Assembly (NCBI GenBank): GCA_001662655.1
Contig: KV460218.1
Source of the DNA: Pseudogymnoascus verrucosus
Lineage: Eukaryota
DNA length: 64,000 nt
Strand: one strand, 5' to 3'
The position numbers and the translations under genes are program-made. Shown here piece after piece: positions 48,015 through 61,711 of the stretch (positions within the stretch are counted from its first letter, which is position 1; the number at the start of each line of letters is the position of its first letter). The notes below the pieces were generated by a model. It ran no database searches, was not told the origin of the DNA, and saw only the letters and a list, made by a program, of their open reading frames with translations.

Positions 48015-48431
48015 TCAAAGGGAAGGTGACCTCGCTTCATAGAACCAGCTCGCATCTAACCAAGAGCGTACCCGCCCCTCCCGCCGCCTCCCGGCATCTT
48101 CCCTGTCACAGGGGGCTGCCCAATCAAGAACACGGACAGCAAAAGGTTCCATATTTGCGATTGGGGATATTTGATTGGCAGTGTATGAAAGCTGGGGTCT
48201 CACTATGCCCTGATAGACACCAGCCACAATAGCATCCGCTCTTGAGAGTGCGAGACGGCGGTTAGGTCGAATAAGTGCTTGAGGCGCCGGTATGAGGCGG
48301 GGGAGGAGACAGAGATATGAGGCTGTCATAGGCTCAACACATGGTTCTGTGGTTGTTTCGCCAATGATAGCGAGGAGGCCAACTGCGTCTAATTTCCAGT
48401 CATTGCGCGAGTTTGGGAATTCGAGAACCAT
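48015..48431 (-). pseudogene. Probable truncated 5' portion of a conserved fungal membrane-protein gene
   Basis: WKLDAVGLLAIIGE..LCLLPRLIPAPQALIRP resembles the N-terminus of a family I recall as several hundred aa long. It stops after ~138 aa, close to the 8-mer repeat. Confidence 0.5.
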
Positions 48432-49132
48432 TGCGGGATAGTTTCCTATTTTGATAAAGAAGATATGTGTATTATCAGAGTAGTGGAAACTTTTAGAAAA
48501 GAGAAAGGTCAAGCTGAAATATGAACCTGCATGTGTTCAGCCTCGTTGTTGCATTCTCTACCCTGTTAAATCTATATATAGTCAGTTTCGGCAGAGCGGT
48601 CTACCATAGCAATGTCACTTGGGGGGGTACAGAGGGGTGACAGCAACCATCATGCAGGTCGCCGTGTTAATATTAGCTGCAGGACGAACCACACAAGCAC
48701 CAAGGCTGCCTATTCTGTTCACTCACAAAAGAGTGATACATAAATACATAAGTAGAAGGTTTTCTGTCCGAAAGCTCCGTTGGCCAGTCTCGATTTTCAA
48801 AACAACAGTTGTATCGTTGCCTTCGCACCTACTTTGCAGAGAGCCTCCGTTTATGGCGTGACTGGATTTGTTCACCATAGTACTACATGGAAGTGTTTTC
48901 ACTTTTAAGCTCATAGAAGAGTTTGACGTGAGCTTCAATTCCCACAGTTGTGCTTGGAAGCCGCAATCAGCCATCTCTTACAGTGCCTCAACCACACCAC
49001 CCCTCTCCTCCAACTCCGTCTGCGTAGTACAGCGGCACAGACCAGCCTTCTTGTCCTATCTGCAAAACGTCCACATTATTTATCATCTGTTCTCGATCAA
49101 GCCATCGCCATCGCCATCACCACACCCACAGC

Positions 49133-50407
49133 ATGGGCCAATACTTCATGATCTCAGCTCCTCGATTAAGGAGGGCGTTAGGAAATGGAGGCAAGCTTCG
49201 GGAGATGTTATTTGGCGGGACGGCCAAAGCCCTTGTCCATGTCCTCGCCGTCCCAATTGAACCGCAGCTTCCCCCCTCTAGCTCCCTAGACTCCACACTC
49301 GTGCCAACAGAACCCAAATACACTCCCCCTGCCATTGATGTGGTTACATCTGGCCCAGCCAAGGACCCTCCGACGGTGGTGCATAGTAGACCGGGGAAAC
49401 GTCAAGCTAATGACGAAGCGCCTAGCCAGAGGGTTAAGAAACTCGAGACAACTACAAGCAGTGATTTCGACAAGGGGGCCAAAGCCAGCTTTCTAACCAC
49501 ATTCCCCAGTCTCCCCCCAGAACTGCACGAACTAATCTTTGCCCACCTTGACTCCATCGAGGATCTCATCTGTCTCAGCGTCACAAGTCGATACTTCTGG
49601 GTCATAGGATACAAGCACATCCAGCAGTACTACACCTCCCTCCTCGGGCGCTGGGCAGGCCACAACATCATCTGCATCGGTGACTACGTCGATGCGGGGG
49701 ACTATCCACCGCATCTATTCTCCGCTGAAGAGGAACAGGAATTAAACCAGATGAAAGTAGGATTCGATGGGAACTGTCTAGACAGCAGCGCGGGTTCAGA
49801 TACCAGCGCGGATGCCCAGCCGTTAACGCTCTATGATCTCGCTATAGAGCCTATGGGTACTATAGAAGAGGTCGTTGATTTGTACCAAACATCCACGCGC
49901 ACATTGCACGCATGTATGCGCCGTTGCCGCTCATCGAAGCGTCTATCCGACTTCAAGCACCCGGAGCTAGTCATGAGAAACTCGACATACTTCCCCGCCA
50001 GCCAAACCTGGATCCTCCGCAACCTAACAACCCACGAGTTCGTTCTCCCCACAGCCGTAGCCCTAAAACCCGAATACATAAACGGCCCATTCATCCACGG
50101 TCTGGGATTCGGTGAGGTGGTCATGGCGCGCACGTGCTGGACGTCAGACTATGGGGTCGCCATGAGCTGCGGCGCGGATATCTGTCGTGGGGTATGGGCG
50201 GGGCATCGGTTTGATATCACGACGCTCTCACGACACGATGAGGAGAGTAGGGGGGGGGAGTGGACGGATGTGAGTGAGGATGTTAGCAAAGAGATTGCAC
50301 ACATCTGGGAGTGTGAAGACGGGCCGGATTGGCGAGAGATAATCCATAATACAATCTCAGCTCTGGAGCGGGGTGATGATTCCGACAGCTGTGTCTCCGA
50401 CGATTGA
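49133..50407 (+). CDS. F-box-like protein, 424 aa, intronless
   Basis: F-box-like FPSLPPELHELIFAHLDSIEDLICLSVTSRYFW; two G.WAGH motifs. Confidence 0.8.
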   Translation: MGQYFMISAPRLRRALGNGGKLREMLFGGTAKALVHVLAVPIEPQLPPSSSLDSTLVPTEPKYTPPAIDVVTSGPAKDPPTVVHSRPGKRQANDEAPSQRVKKLETTTSSDFDKGAKASFLTTFPSLPPELHELIFAHLDSIEDLICLSVTSRYFWVIGYKHIQQYYTSLLGRWAGHNIICIGDYVDAGDYPPHLFSAEEEQELNQMKVGFDGNCLDSSAGSDTSADAQPLTLYDLAIEPMGTIEEVVDLYQTSTRTLHACMRRCRSSKRLSDFKHPELVMRNSTYFPASQTWILRNLTTHEFVLPTAVALKPEYINGPFIHGLGFGEVVMARTCWTSDYGVAMSCGADICRGVWAGHRFDITTLSRHDEESRGGEWTDVSEDVSKEIAHIWECEDGPDWREIIHNTISALERGDDSDSCVSDD

Positions 50408-52200
50408 TAGGATGATCTATCTAAAGCTGTGTGCTGAGAGCCTCAAGTGGGCAGCTCTAGTCTAGATCACGCAACAGTCTAACCATCATGTGGGGCACTA
50501 AAGATAAAGGAGTCCTCGAGGGGTTACCGCGATGTTGAGCGGATGACGAATATGGATATGGCCGTGATATCGAAAAATGGCTTTCTTCCGGATATTATTA
50601 CCTGGTCGAAACCTATGGTGGTGGAGTAGTTTCTTGTGAAGGAAGCTGTGGGGGGGGCTGGTATTAGTAACACTCTTTGTCATTCAGACTCGATGGTAGA
50701 CAGAAAGTATGAGAAGCTTCGCAGTGAGCTGGAAAGATGGGACCATCAACATGGTAACGATCCGCGTGGGGTGGTTGATTTCATCGGCAGAAAGTTGCTT
50801 CTGCCTAAAATACACGATGGCTAGCTTATACATGTTATAACAGTAACAAGGTAGCCAGCCTACCTCACCTCTTTTCCAGCTTCGTGCGAATCATAATATA
50901 ATTTCGTCTACAACTCCCTGCACCGTCGTGTATAAGAGGGTTGTCAGGTGACAGTCACTCTTCTCCACGACGAGGAAACAGACACCGACAACAAGATAAA
51001 ACAAAGCCCAAACCCCAACAATCTCATCACACCACACACACCCTAAATCTCCCTAACGCATTCTCCAGGAGCCTGTGTAGGATACCACAGCAAACCAAAC
51101 CAACAGCAAGAAGTCCACGAGTCCACGCTTCTATTCACCACAGAGACAGCATAGCACGAACCCAACTTTCTCACAAACCTCTCATTTCATTCAAACTTAA
51201 TTACACTCTCCCCCTCCTCTCCCTCCTCCCCCTCCTCCCCCCCTTCACCCATTCTCACATTCTCACAATCTACAAACCCCTCTCTCCACAAACTATCTAC
51301 AACCCCCCCTCTACAACCCCCCCCCCTCCTCCCCCACCCCACCAACCAACCAAGCCAAAAAAACAACAACATGCACGCACAAACATCTCAATCAAGAAGT
51401 CAAAAAAGCCAAAAAAGGCAAAAGCCAATCAAAACAAAATCACTCAAAAAACGACCCTTGCAATTATTATATAAAAACATACAACCCAACCACCTTCCAC
51501 ACACCAAACCCAACCCCAAAAAAGAAGAATCCCCCCTATCCCGTCCAATCCATAAACCCCACCCATCTCTATCAAACTCTATCCCCCCCCCATCCCTCTA
51601 ATCTCGCCCCTCCCTCTCCATGCACCAATAGTACCCCCCAATGGTTCCCAAAACAAACAGAAAAAGTCCGCAGATCTACCTCTAACCCTCCCCTTTCTCT
51701 CTCCTGGTTTCAACGAGATGGGAGAGATGGCGGTATAAAGCCAGCCCTGTCCACATCTCGGCCATCCACCCCTCCCCCCTCCATCCATCCATCCTTCCTG
51801 ACAAAATAAAAGCAGTGCAAAAGAAAAAGAAACTGTATAGTGTATTTGTAAACTTTGTAATCCCCTCCCTCCCTCATCGAAGGGGGGGAGGAGACGGTTT
51901 TTCGAGGCGTCGGCGTCTGTCGGCATCTTCATTTTTTTATTGATAACAAAAAATTAAATTCCGGAAACTGCTGGAGGACTTTATATAAAAGAATTCGCCC
52001 AAATCTCCCATCATCTATCCCATCTCATTTCGCGAGAATTAAGGGAAAAAAGAAAAGGGAGAGAGGTTTTCTGCATTTCCGTTTGAATTGGGCGCCGGGG
52101 GGGTGGTGGTGTGTGCAAAGAAAGAAGAAGAAGACGTTGAGGTAAGGAGAAAAAAATAGAGTCGAAGGAAAAATGACGTTTATGTCGAGACGGTGTCGGT

Positions 52201-55200
52201 TTAGACGGTCTTCTCGTGTTGAGTCGAGACGCGCTGGAGGGAGACGACTGTGAGACACGCATAGTTAGCTGAAGTTCCAAGATTCTCAAAACGCCAAGCG
52301 TTTCATCACCACCGTAACCACCACTACAACCACCACAAGATGGGGAAATAAACTTACCAAAGTCCTCAAGCGAACGTTGCTTCGCGTTCTTCTTCGGCGA
52401 CTTGCCGTGCATGAGGTTATCGAATCCGCTCGAGTCCTGGAGGAGGTAGTACAGCCCGCCCATGATGCAGAAGACACCAAACGAGAAGATCCAGATACGA
52501 ACAACAGCGACGATGGACGTCTGTCCGCCCACGAACCATCCAAAGAGCGTGAAGAAGGTGGCGAGCACATCGACGATCAGGATGGCTCCCGCGAGCTGCC
52601 ACGACGGGATGGACGACCAGAAGGGTCCGTTGGCACGGGTGATGAAGATGAGCCAGTTCTCGGTGAGAGAGATCTCGAGGAAGAGGACGGGGTCTATCTT
52701 TCCAAAGTTCTGCACGATACCGCCGTTCTCGCCCTGGGCAAGCATGGTGGTCAGGGTGATCCAGGTGCCGACGGCGAGGACGATGCCGAGAAGCACGGAC
52801 ATACCCCAGAGCTTGGGCAGGTTCCACTTGACGGGGGTCTTGGAGAAGGGCGCGTTGTCGTAGGCGATGGCGAGGGTGGCAACATCGGCGAAAATGGCGA
52901 TGAAGACGACGAGCTCAATGTTAAGCGACTGGTTCAGGATGGCGATCCAGAGACCAAGGAAGATCTCGAGATGGATGGACAGAGCGATACGGTAGACAAC
53001 GTAGGCGTACATGCGGTGGAAAATCTGGCGGGAAGTCTTGAGAGCGTCGATGATGGCGCCGAGACCAGGAGCCAAGAAGACGATATCAGCGGCAGAACGA
53101 GCAGCGTCAGAGGCACCCTCGACGGCAATACCGGTATCGGCCTTCTTCAGGGAGGGAGCATCGTTGACACCGTCACCAGTCATGGCAACGAGGTAACCAC
53201 GCTGTTGGAGAATCTCGACGACGTTGTACTTGTGCTGGGGGAAAACCTCAGCGAATCCATCAGCGGCCTCAACGAAATCGTAAACCTCGGAACCGGGCAT
53301 GTCACCACCACCGCCGAGACCGAGACGCTCAGCGTTGTAGACGTTGGTACCGAGACCGAGCTGGCGGGAGGTTTCACGGGCAATACCGACGGCATCACCA
53401 GTCAACATCTTAATGGAGAGACCGAGAGTCTTGGCTTCGTTGATAGTGCGGGCGGTATCGTGACGAGGGGGGTCAGAGCAGGGCATGATACCGAGAATCT
53501 CCCATTGGCCTTCGCCGCGCTTGCGGGCAACACCGAGGGAACGGAAACCACGGGTAGCGAACTCAGCAACCTTGTTCTTGTAGGCCTGGTCGACGTCCTC
53601 AGGGATGGCGTGGTCTTCCTCGACAGTCTTCAGGACGAAAAGGGGAGCGCCCTTGACACAGATGATGCGCTCGCCTTGGGGAGACTCGACGATGGCTTGG
53701 ACCTTCTTGGAGACGGGATCGAAGGGGTGGAACTCAATAACCTTGTACTTGGAGAGGACAGACTTGGCGCGTGGGTAGAAGCGGAGAGCCTTGAGGAAGG
53801 CCTTGTCGATAGCATCAATACCCTTCTTCTTGCGGGAGGCGGCCAAACAGGCAGTCAACATGAGGTCATCGGGCTCGACACCCTCGACGGTGAATGGCTC
53901 GGCGAGAGAGAGCTTGTTCTTGGTGAGCGTGCCGGTCTTGTCAGAGCAGAGAATCTCAACACCGGCGAGCGACTCAATGGCGGACAGCTTCTGGACGATG
54001 GCCTTCTTCTTGGCGAGGTAAGCAGCTCCGACAGCCATGGTGGTGGTGACGACAGCGGGGAGACCGACGGGGACACCAATGATGGTGATGGCCAGGGTGA
54101 ACTCGAGGATCTTGACGATATCATTGGAGCGGTAGAACGAGGAGACCCAGACGATCAAGTTGGTGAGGATAACGAGGACGAGCAGCACCGTTCCGATGCC
54201 GTTCAGGACTTCAGTGAAATGACCAGTGCCGGAGGAAGCCTGGTTGACCAGGGCAGCGGCACGACCGACGAAAGTGTTGTCACCAGTGGCGGTGATGACC
54301 ACGAAGGCCTCACCACGCTTGACACCGGAAGAAGCGTAGCACTGGTCGCCCTTGTGCTTGTCAACAGCAAGGGATTCACCAGTGATGGCAGATTGATCGA
54401 CCTGGAGGAAAGCATCTTCGGTAACAATTCTACCGTCAGCGGGGATAATAGTACCCTGTATGGTCAGCAGCGTCCATTGGCGGGGGAGGACCATGAACTC
54501 ACCTCCTCAATCTGGAGGATATCACCGGGAACAACATCAGGGGCGTCGACCTCGAAGAGACGACCGTCACGGAGAACAACAGCCTTGAGAGCGAGCGTCT
54601 TCTTGAGCTCGTCGACGATGGAACCGGCCTGGTATTCTTGGATGAAACCAACAGCTGCGTTAAGCAGCAGAAGCGCGCAGATGACACCGAAATCGACCCA
54701 GTCCTCAAGACCCGCAGCAAGAACGGCAGCAGCCTAGTGTCGGGGCGAGAAATGTCAGTCCAGTAATGACAGAAGTGGAGCAGCAGTCAACCAAGAAACG
54801 GTGACGTAGCAGCCTCATATTTCAGGCCATGATGTTATGATGGGGAGATTGGGAAAGCAAAGGGCGGATGGGTGAGAACTAACCTCCATGACGAATTGAA
54901 TAGGACCGATGAAGTATCCGAGGAACTTGAGGATCAAGTTCTCCTTCTCCTCTCTCATCTGATTGAGACCGTACTTCTTGCGACGCACGGCGACCTCCTG
55001 CTCAGTGAGACCAGTGCGCGTATCGGTCTGGAGCTGGTCCTCTGGGATGATGCGACCAGTGGCTGGGTTCTCCTCCTCCTCCTCTTCTTCCTCGGCGTGG
55101 CCGTCCTGGGACTCGAGCTCGTCGATCAGGGCGTCCATGTCCTCGTCCTCCTCCTCATCCTCCTCCAATGGCTTGTTCTTGGAGGTTGGCGGCACGCCGC

Positions 55201-55306
55201 TACCGCCGGCGGGAACCTCATTCTTCTCGCTGAAGTTGCCGGACTCAATGGTGGAATTGAGGTGTTGAGCGCCGGCCGCGCCAACGTGGCCGGTGTTCTC
55301 GGCCAT
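52201..55306 (-). CDS. PMA1: Plasma membrane H+-ATPase (P3A), 932 aa, 4 exons
   Basis: [26 protein letters not shown] and [15 protein letters not shown] motifs; C-terminal [19 protein letters not shown]. Introns 54883-54734, 54502-54456 and 52357-52248. Confidence 0.99.
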
Positions 55307-56932
55307 GGTGGGCTGAGGTGGTCACTCCGAGAAGCTTGGGGTTTGTCGGATGATGTTTTTCGTTCGCAGAGGTGTCGGGACAAGCGACGTGTTGCGAGAC
55401 GCGACGACGCTGTCTGTAAACAATGAAGAGGGATCACGAAGGGGTTGTGATCCAGCGAGGCTAAAATAGAAGGGGAAAAAGGCGATTAGTCGATGTGGTT
55501 GGGGAGAGAGAGGGAGGAAGGAAAGGGAAGGAGAGAAAGGGTGATGGGCGATGATGAGTGATGGGCGAGGTGTAGAGAGGGGAATTGAATCGTGAGAATT
55601 TGGAGCTCTTTGATTGGGAGATGGGGGGAGAGTGGGAATATGAGGCGACGATTGGGTTGGGGGGTGTGGAGGTAGGAGGGAAAGAAGAAAGTACGGAGGA
55701 GGGAGGAGAGAGCCGTGGTTGGTGGCACGGCGAGAGCGACCATGTAGAGTTACTTATAGTGGTATTGGTAGGTACATGAGGGTGTCAGGAAGGTACTAAG
55801 GGGAGCTTGATGAAAGTGGATGGAAGTAGGGTGGATTGAGGTGGATTGAGGTGAATTAGAGTGAGATGAATGTGAATTAGTATGTAGAGTTGTTTGCAGT
55901 GCAGATGTACTGTGGATAGCAGAGTGGTCTGTGTGTAAGTACTAGAGTGGCAAAAGTAACTTGAGTGACTTGAGTGACTCCACAGCAGGCTGGCATGAAG
56001 AAGGGAAATCAAATGGGAGATGGGAAATGGGCAAGGAAAATAGCAAGGGAAGAGAAAAACAACAAGGGAAGGAAACGAGCAAGGGATATGGGAAATGTCA
56101 GGCTAGTATGTCCCGGAGCTGTAGGTTACAGTAGCGTGTTAGTCTGCCGTAGATTAGTGGTAGGGTAGTGGGATTAGTGGTAGGGGAGTGGAAGTGGTAG
56201 GGTTGAGAAGTGGTAGGGAAAGTGGTAGGGAAGTGGTAGGGAAGTGCTAAATAATAGGAGTGGTAGAGTGGGTAGAGTGGCAGAGTGGCAGAGTGGGTAG
56301 AGCAGTGGAGTCGCGGTAAAGTGCTATAGGAATAGTACACTGTCAGAGTAAGCACTTGGGGTGGCAAATGAAGTACCTTTGCTATAGTGGATGGTTAGTT
56401 AAAGGAGTAGGAGTTGTAGTCGCAGTCGCAGTCGCAGTCGCAGTCATAGCAGAGAGGAATAGCAGTAAGAGTGTCCACAGTCATAGCAACGCGTACTATA
56501 CGAAATCATATACAGACGCCAGACAACAGACGCCAGACAATAGTACGGCAGTAGATAGCAGTACGGTAGATAGCAGTACGTACAGTAGATAGCAGTACGG
56601 TAGACAACAGTATCCAGATAACAGCAGTATCCAGATACCCGTGTTACGGAAGGAGCAAAGCGTTCCAACCCCCAACCCAACCGTTGGACTCACCACCACC
56701 ACCCGTCAGAGACAACACCCGCAAAACCATCAGAGACACAAACAACGCCGCACAAACAAACAACCACCTCCAAATCCCATCCACCACCCAGGAGTACCAC
56801 CACCACCACGACCACCACCCCCAGCGCAAACCTCTACCTCCCCATCCCCCCCCGTCCACCACCAACCAAGGTATCCCCCTCCACCGCCCGTAGTCCCATC
56901 CACCGGCAATCACCATTCTCTAGCAGTCCACA

Positions 56933-57874
56933 CCTGGCCCGGCCCTGCCTGCCTACCTGCCCCCATCCATGACACCTGGCACCTCACCAATCACACCCCC
57001 CTCTCCACCGCCGAGCTCTCCCAAAGCGATCTTAGCACTGTTTACCTGTCTCAGTAGCTCCCAATTAGCCCCCACTTAGCGCCACCTAGCGCGTCATCGT
57101 GGGATGGGAGTGCAGATGGGAGTTGGTTGGCCCAGGGTGGGAACCTTGGTTTTTAAGCCTGCGCTGCGTCTGGCCGTGGTTGCGAGGATGTGCGCTGTGG
57201 GATGCTGTACAGTACTGTTGTAGTAGATGGACGGGGGGAAGAGAGGAGTAGGGCGGGGGGAAGAGAGGAGTAGGGCGGGTTGTTGGTAGGGATGGGTAGG
57301 GATGGGTAGGGATGAGGAGAGCTATACGGCATCCACATCCCATCACGGGATGTCCACATCCAAGGGGGCGTGACATGCTCCACCTACTCCACTTGCCTTT
57401 GCCTACTGACACTGCTACCACTACTAACACCACTAACCACTAACACTACCAATTACTGTCTACTCTACTGTAAACAGCAGCAAACAGCACACGGGAAAGT
57501 ACACACCTCACCACCTCCAAGTACCACATACACCAACGTCTCCACCCTCCCACCACCACCACCCAATCCATCCCCATCTCCTGCCCGGGGATCACCCCAT
57601 CTCCTCTCCTTGGCGCTTGCAAACTCTTTCATCATCGTCTTGGCTAAACGCCGTCGTCGTCGTCGCTCACTCACAGGCCAAGCAAGTTAAGCAAAGCAAG
57701 CGTGCCCAGAACGCGATAACGCACGGAATACTAACCGTACAGGCAGGTAGGTAGAGAGATTGGCGTTTACGGAGGCCGCGAGGGGCCAGAAGGGCACCAC
57801 ACCGAAGATACAGATACCGAACGTGAGGGGATAGAACTTTTTGGGCTGTTCTGGATGCGTGTTACACAGCCAGG
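56933..57874. promoter_or_regulatory. Cluster of PacC-consensus GCCARG sites upstream of PMA1
   Basis: Sites at 56933, 56975, 57609, 57639, 57677 and 57869. Confidence 0.4.
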
Positions 57875-58956
57875 CATAAACGCGCATTCCACCGACGTCA
57901 TCGCATTCTTTACATCGGCCACCACCACCGCGCATCACCGCGCATCTCATCCCTTTCCCCTCCCGTACAGACCTGATCTAGCTTCATATTCACTAAGCTA
58001 TCATATATCCCCTCCCGTACCGACCGCGCGCGACTCATAACAACCAACGGTGGTGGTTGTCGTTACATCATCATAGTCCAAGTCAAGTTAAGTCAAGTCA
58101 CGAGGAAATAATACCCAGACCGACGCCGGGAGGGGGGGAGGAGGGAGAGGGGAGAGAAGAGGGAGTACGTAAGGGGCGTCTAGCTGACTAATCACCACAC
58201 ACACCTTTTCTAATCTCTCTTTTCACACACCCCTGGTTCCCTGTCCACACACCACACCCTACCCTGCGTGGCTGCAAACAAACCAAACACCCACGCAACG
58301 CCACGGGCCGCGCTCAGACCGAGTCGAATGAGTCGCTTACTTAGGTAAGTTAAGTTAACCCGTTCTAGATGCGGTGCCGTTTGTCTGTTTCACACGTGGG
58401 GCGGCTAGGTGGGATAGGGTGGGTGGGAGATATAATGAGGAGGGAAGGAGTACTACTGTATAATAAGGTATGCTGGAAAGTATAATACAGGGCTGTGATG
58501 GAGCTGTGATGGAGCTGTGGATAGACCTTGACCTAGACCAGGGCGTAGGATGAGATGGATGGGAAAGGGGAGACAGATAGAAAGGGGAAGGGGGTAACGG
58601 CATGGGATGGTAGTAGATGGGTTAATTTCGCAAAACTAAACTGTGGATTCACTACATACCGAGGCGCGTGCTTGCTTTCTTGCTTGCTTGTTTGCTTGCG
58701 CGTCGTGTCGTCGTGTCGTCGCCGAGGGATAGGGGGACGTGAGCTTAATAGGCCGAGATGGCATGGTAGACACATGCAAGAAAGACAGGAGATGAAGGAG
58801 CAAGGTGCGCACGTACTCCACGGTAGGAATCAAGCTATTGCCATGAGCCTTGGAATCTACAGCTGGTCAGTAACGGCGTTATTATCAGTGGGAGGAGTTC
58901 AATGACAACGTTGTTATCAATGGGAGGAGACGGGGTGGGTGGGGAATTGAGTATAC

Positions 58957-59330
58957 AGAAGAAATAAATATCACAAGCATAATAACACACGAATCGAGTC
59001 TATGCTATGAGCTTTGTCTTGGTCTTGGTCTATAGGTGTAGGGTCTACGAGTGGTTTGGTAACAACATTATCAGCTGAGAGAGGACGGGCTGGGATTCAG
59101 TAGACGGGAGAAATAAAATATCACGGCGTAATAGGATACAAATCGATGTTTATGCCTTGAGCCTCGTTCCTGGTCTGTAGCCAGAGTCATCGATCAAGCT
59201 CCACGCCATGAGCTTCGTTCCTGTTTTATAGGCGTTTTGTCTACGAGTGGTTTAATAACAACATTTTATCAGCGAGAGAGAGCACGGGCAGGAAATTGAC
59301 TATATCAGAAGAAATAAATATCACAGCACA
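58957..59330. repeat. Degenerate ~150-200 bp tandem duplication downstream of YHM2
   Basis: AGAAATAAA(A)TATCAC three times and GTCTACGAGTGGTTT..TAACAACATT twice. Confidence 0.75.
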
Positions 59331-59573
59331 GCAACATACCACCACCTCGCACAGAAGAAAAAAAGGTATAGGGCACAACATCTCATATCGATTAACACGC
59401 CCATCTGTGTAACTACAACTTATAATAAAAGGAAGAAAAAACAACTGAAGTCAATCCCGTTCCGTTCCGTCTATTTCTTTTGCGCGCGCTAGAACCTATT
59501 CGTGACACAATTCATCTTGCGATGGTAATGCCTCCCATGATGGATATGTTTGGTATCCCCCAAAAAACGCCGT

Positions 59574-60823
59574 CTAATGCTTCGCTGTGACCGAGTCGCC
59601 GGTGAGTTTCTCGACGTAGCTCTTGGCCCTGTGGAAATAGTCAGCAAACGTGTCCGCAGACAATAAAGGGCGGTCGGTGATGGACAAAATGCCACCACCC
59701 AGGAACGGAGAAAGGAGATACTCACATATCACCCATAGCAACCATACAAATCGTCTGCCAAACGCCCAACCCAATCCTAGGCACCACCCCGCGATAAAGC
59801 CCCTTAATCCCATTCTGCGAGTAAATATAACTGAACGTCTTCCCCACCGTCAAGTTCTTCGGCCTATTCGGATCCGCAGTCTTACTCTGCATCTCCACGC
59901 GAATAACCTCAATCGGCTGATTCCACGCCGACAACCCTCCACCCAGCCCACTAGCAAGGATCTTCTCCCACGCTCCCAGAGCAGCGCCCTCCTCCTTCCC
60001 AGTCGCCTTGCGGATCCCGGACTCGGCAAGACGCGAGAGTCCGAAGCGGGACCCCCAGTTCGTCATCTGACGGATCGCGACAGCGTTCACGCCCTTGTTG
60101 ATACCCTTGATACCCTCCTTGCGGTAGATATCCGCGAAGGTGGCAAAAGTCGACTGGGGAGCGACGCCCGTGGCGGCGAGCTTGGTCTTGGTGATCTCAA
60201 CGGTCTTCATGCAGGTGCAGAAGCCCATGGTGGCGTAGGCCTGCGCGACGCCACCGGCGACACCGCCGCTGATGCCGGCGGTGAAGTCGCCGGCGCCGAA
60301 GGTGCGGGCGTAGTATTCGGCTTCGGAGGCGACGAAGAGGAGGACTGCGCCTTTGGTGGAGGCTTCGATCCAGGCCCAGGGAATGAGACCTTGGTAGACT
60401 GGAGAGAGGAAAGGTTAGTTACGGGTTTTTTGGGGGGTGTGTGGGGTTTGTGGGGGAATCCGGGGATGGGATGGGGGACTAACAGCCAAAGACACCGCCA
60501 CGGCCCCAGATGCGGCCCAGGGCGCCGGCGAAGCTGTCACCGCGGTTGGCGGCCATGGTGGTCTTGGTGACCTCCAATGGCTGGCCGAGAGTTGTCACCT
60601 AATGCAATTCGTCAGTCGTGTGCTCCTATCATCATCCATCTCCAAATTGCCCAATCCCGATCCTCGGCATGGGAAATCGGGACAAATAGGCATGTGGACA
60701 CGCGGGTATGTGGTATATGCTCACCTCGAAAAGATTCAGCCCTGCTCCGAGGAGCAGGTTGCTGAACTTGACGGGCTTCTTCTCCAGCTTGGGAGGCTGA
60801 GTCTCGACGACGGCGACGGACAT
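59574..60823 (-). CDS. YHM2: Mitochondrial citrate/oxoglutarate carrier, multi-exon
   Basis: KKPVKFSNLLLGAGLNLFE|VTTLGQPLEV, YQGLIPWAWIEASTKGAVLLF, MGFCTCMKTVEIT, AIRQMTNWGSRFG and WNQPIEVIRVEMQS. Confidence 0.95.
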
Positions 60824-61711
60824 GCTGGCGGATCTGATGCGTTTAGGGGGTCCTGACCAAGGAAGACGGGGTGCTTCGTTGCGGAGGGTGAGGAGGAGAT
60901 GTCGGTAACGCGGAGAGAACGACGCTGGGCTGGATTCGGGGTAAGTAAGTGTGGGGACCGGAGGAAGGAGCGGAGAGTGTGCGAGAAGGAGTTTTTGTGA
61001 GGTACTGGTGGTGTTGGGGGGTGAAGGTGCGAGGGATGGATTGGATGCTCTTACAGCTATAACCGAGTAGCGCTTGATAACAGACAGGGAAGCCAAGAGT
61101 TTCGGGTCCCGATGGGGGATATCGGAAGGTTGATGCGGGGTTCGGAAGATTGATTGAGCGATGGGTTTCTCGATTGAGATGAGTGATGAAATGCACCGAG
61201 ATATTGATGGATAAGGATAATATATTGTTTTTTAAAGAAACGAGGGGGGGAAATGTCTAGAGATAAATGGAAGGGCGGGCGCGTTTTTGGCGGGCTGCGG
61301 CTGCGGTTACGGTCTGGACGACCGATTTTCAGGGGATCACGGGAAATCGGTGAGGTGGTGCAGGGGGCTAGCGGGTGCGGAGATCGCAGGTATTGGGGTG
61401 CGTGGGCGTGTTCGCGTAATTCAACGGCTCAACAGTCGGTAAAAAAGTTGGGGATGGGGACGGGAAATGGCTTGTGAATTTTGGGGAGGTTGGAGCCTGA
61501 GGCAGGAAGTGGTGAGGTGGGGAGTTCAACGACATTACAACAGTATAACTAACGGCAAAACAGTATTACTATATGCGCTGGGAATACTGCTGGTTGATAT
61601 CTTCTATCATCACTTCAGGATTTAAGAGGGTGTTGATCCACGTACCTTGATATTGCTTGACAAATTTAAATGCTACAGTTACAGCCAGCGATTTTATTAC
61701 ATCTCCGAAAG

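Noticed and set aside
50941..51932. Short ORFs downstream of PMA1
   Set aside because: Low-complexity C/A-rich 3' UTR or intergenic DNA with no coding signature.
52377..54737. 786-aa plus-strand ORF
   Set aside because: Antisense shadow of PMA1 caused by its strong codon bias; no recognisable motifs.
59650..60570. 306-aa plus-strand ORF
   Set aside because: Antisense to YHM2; shadow ORF.
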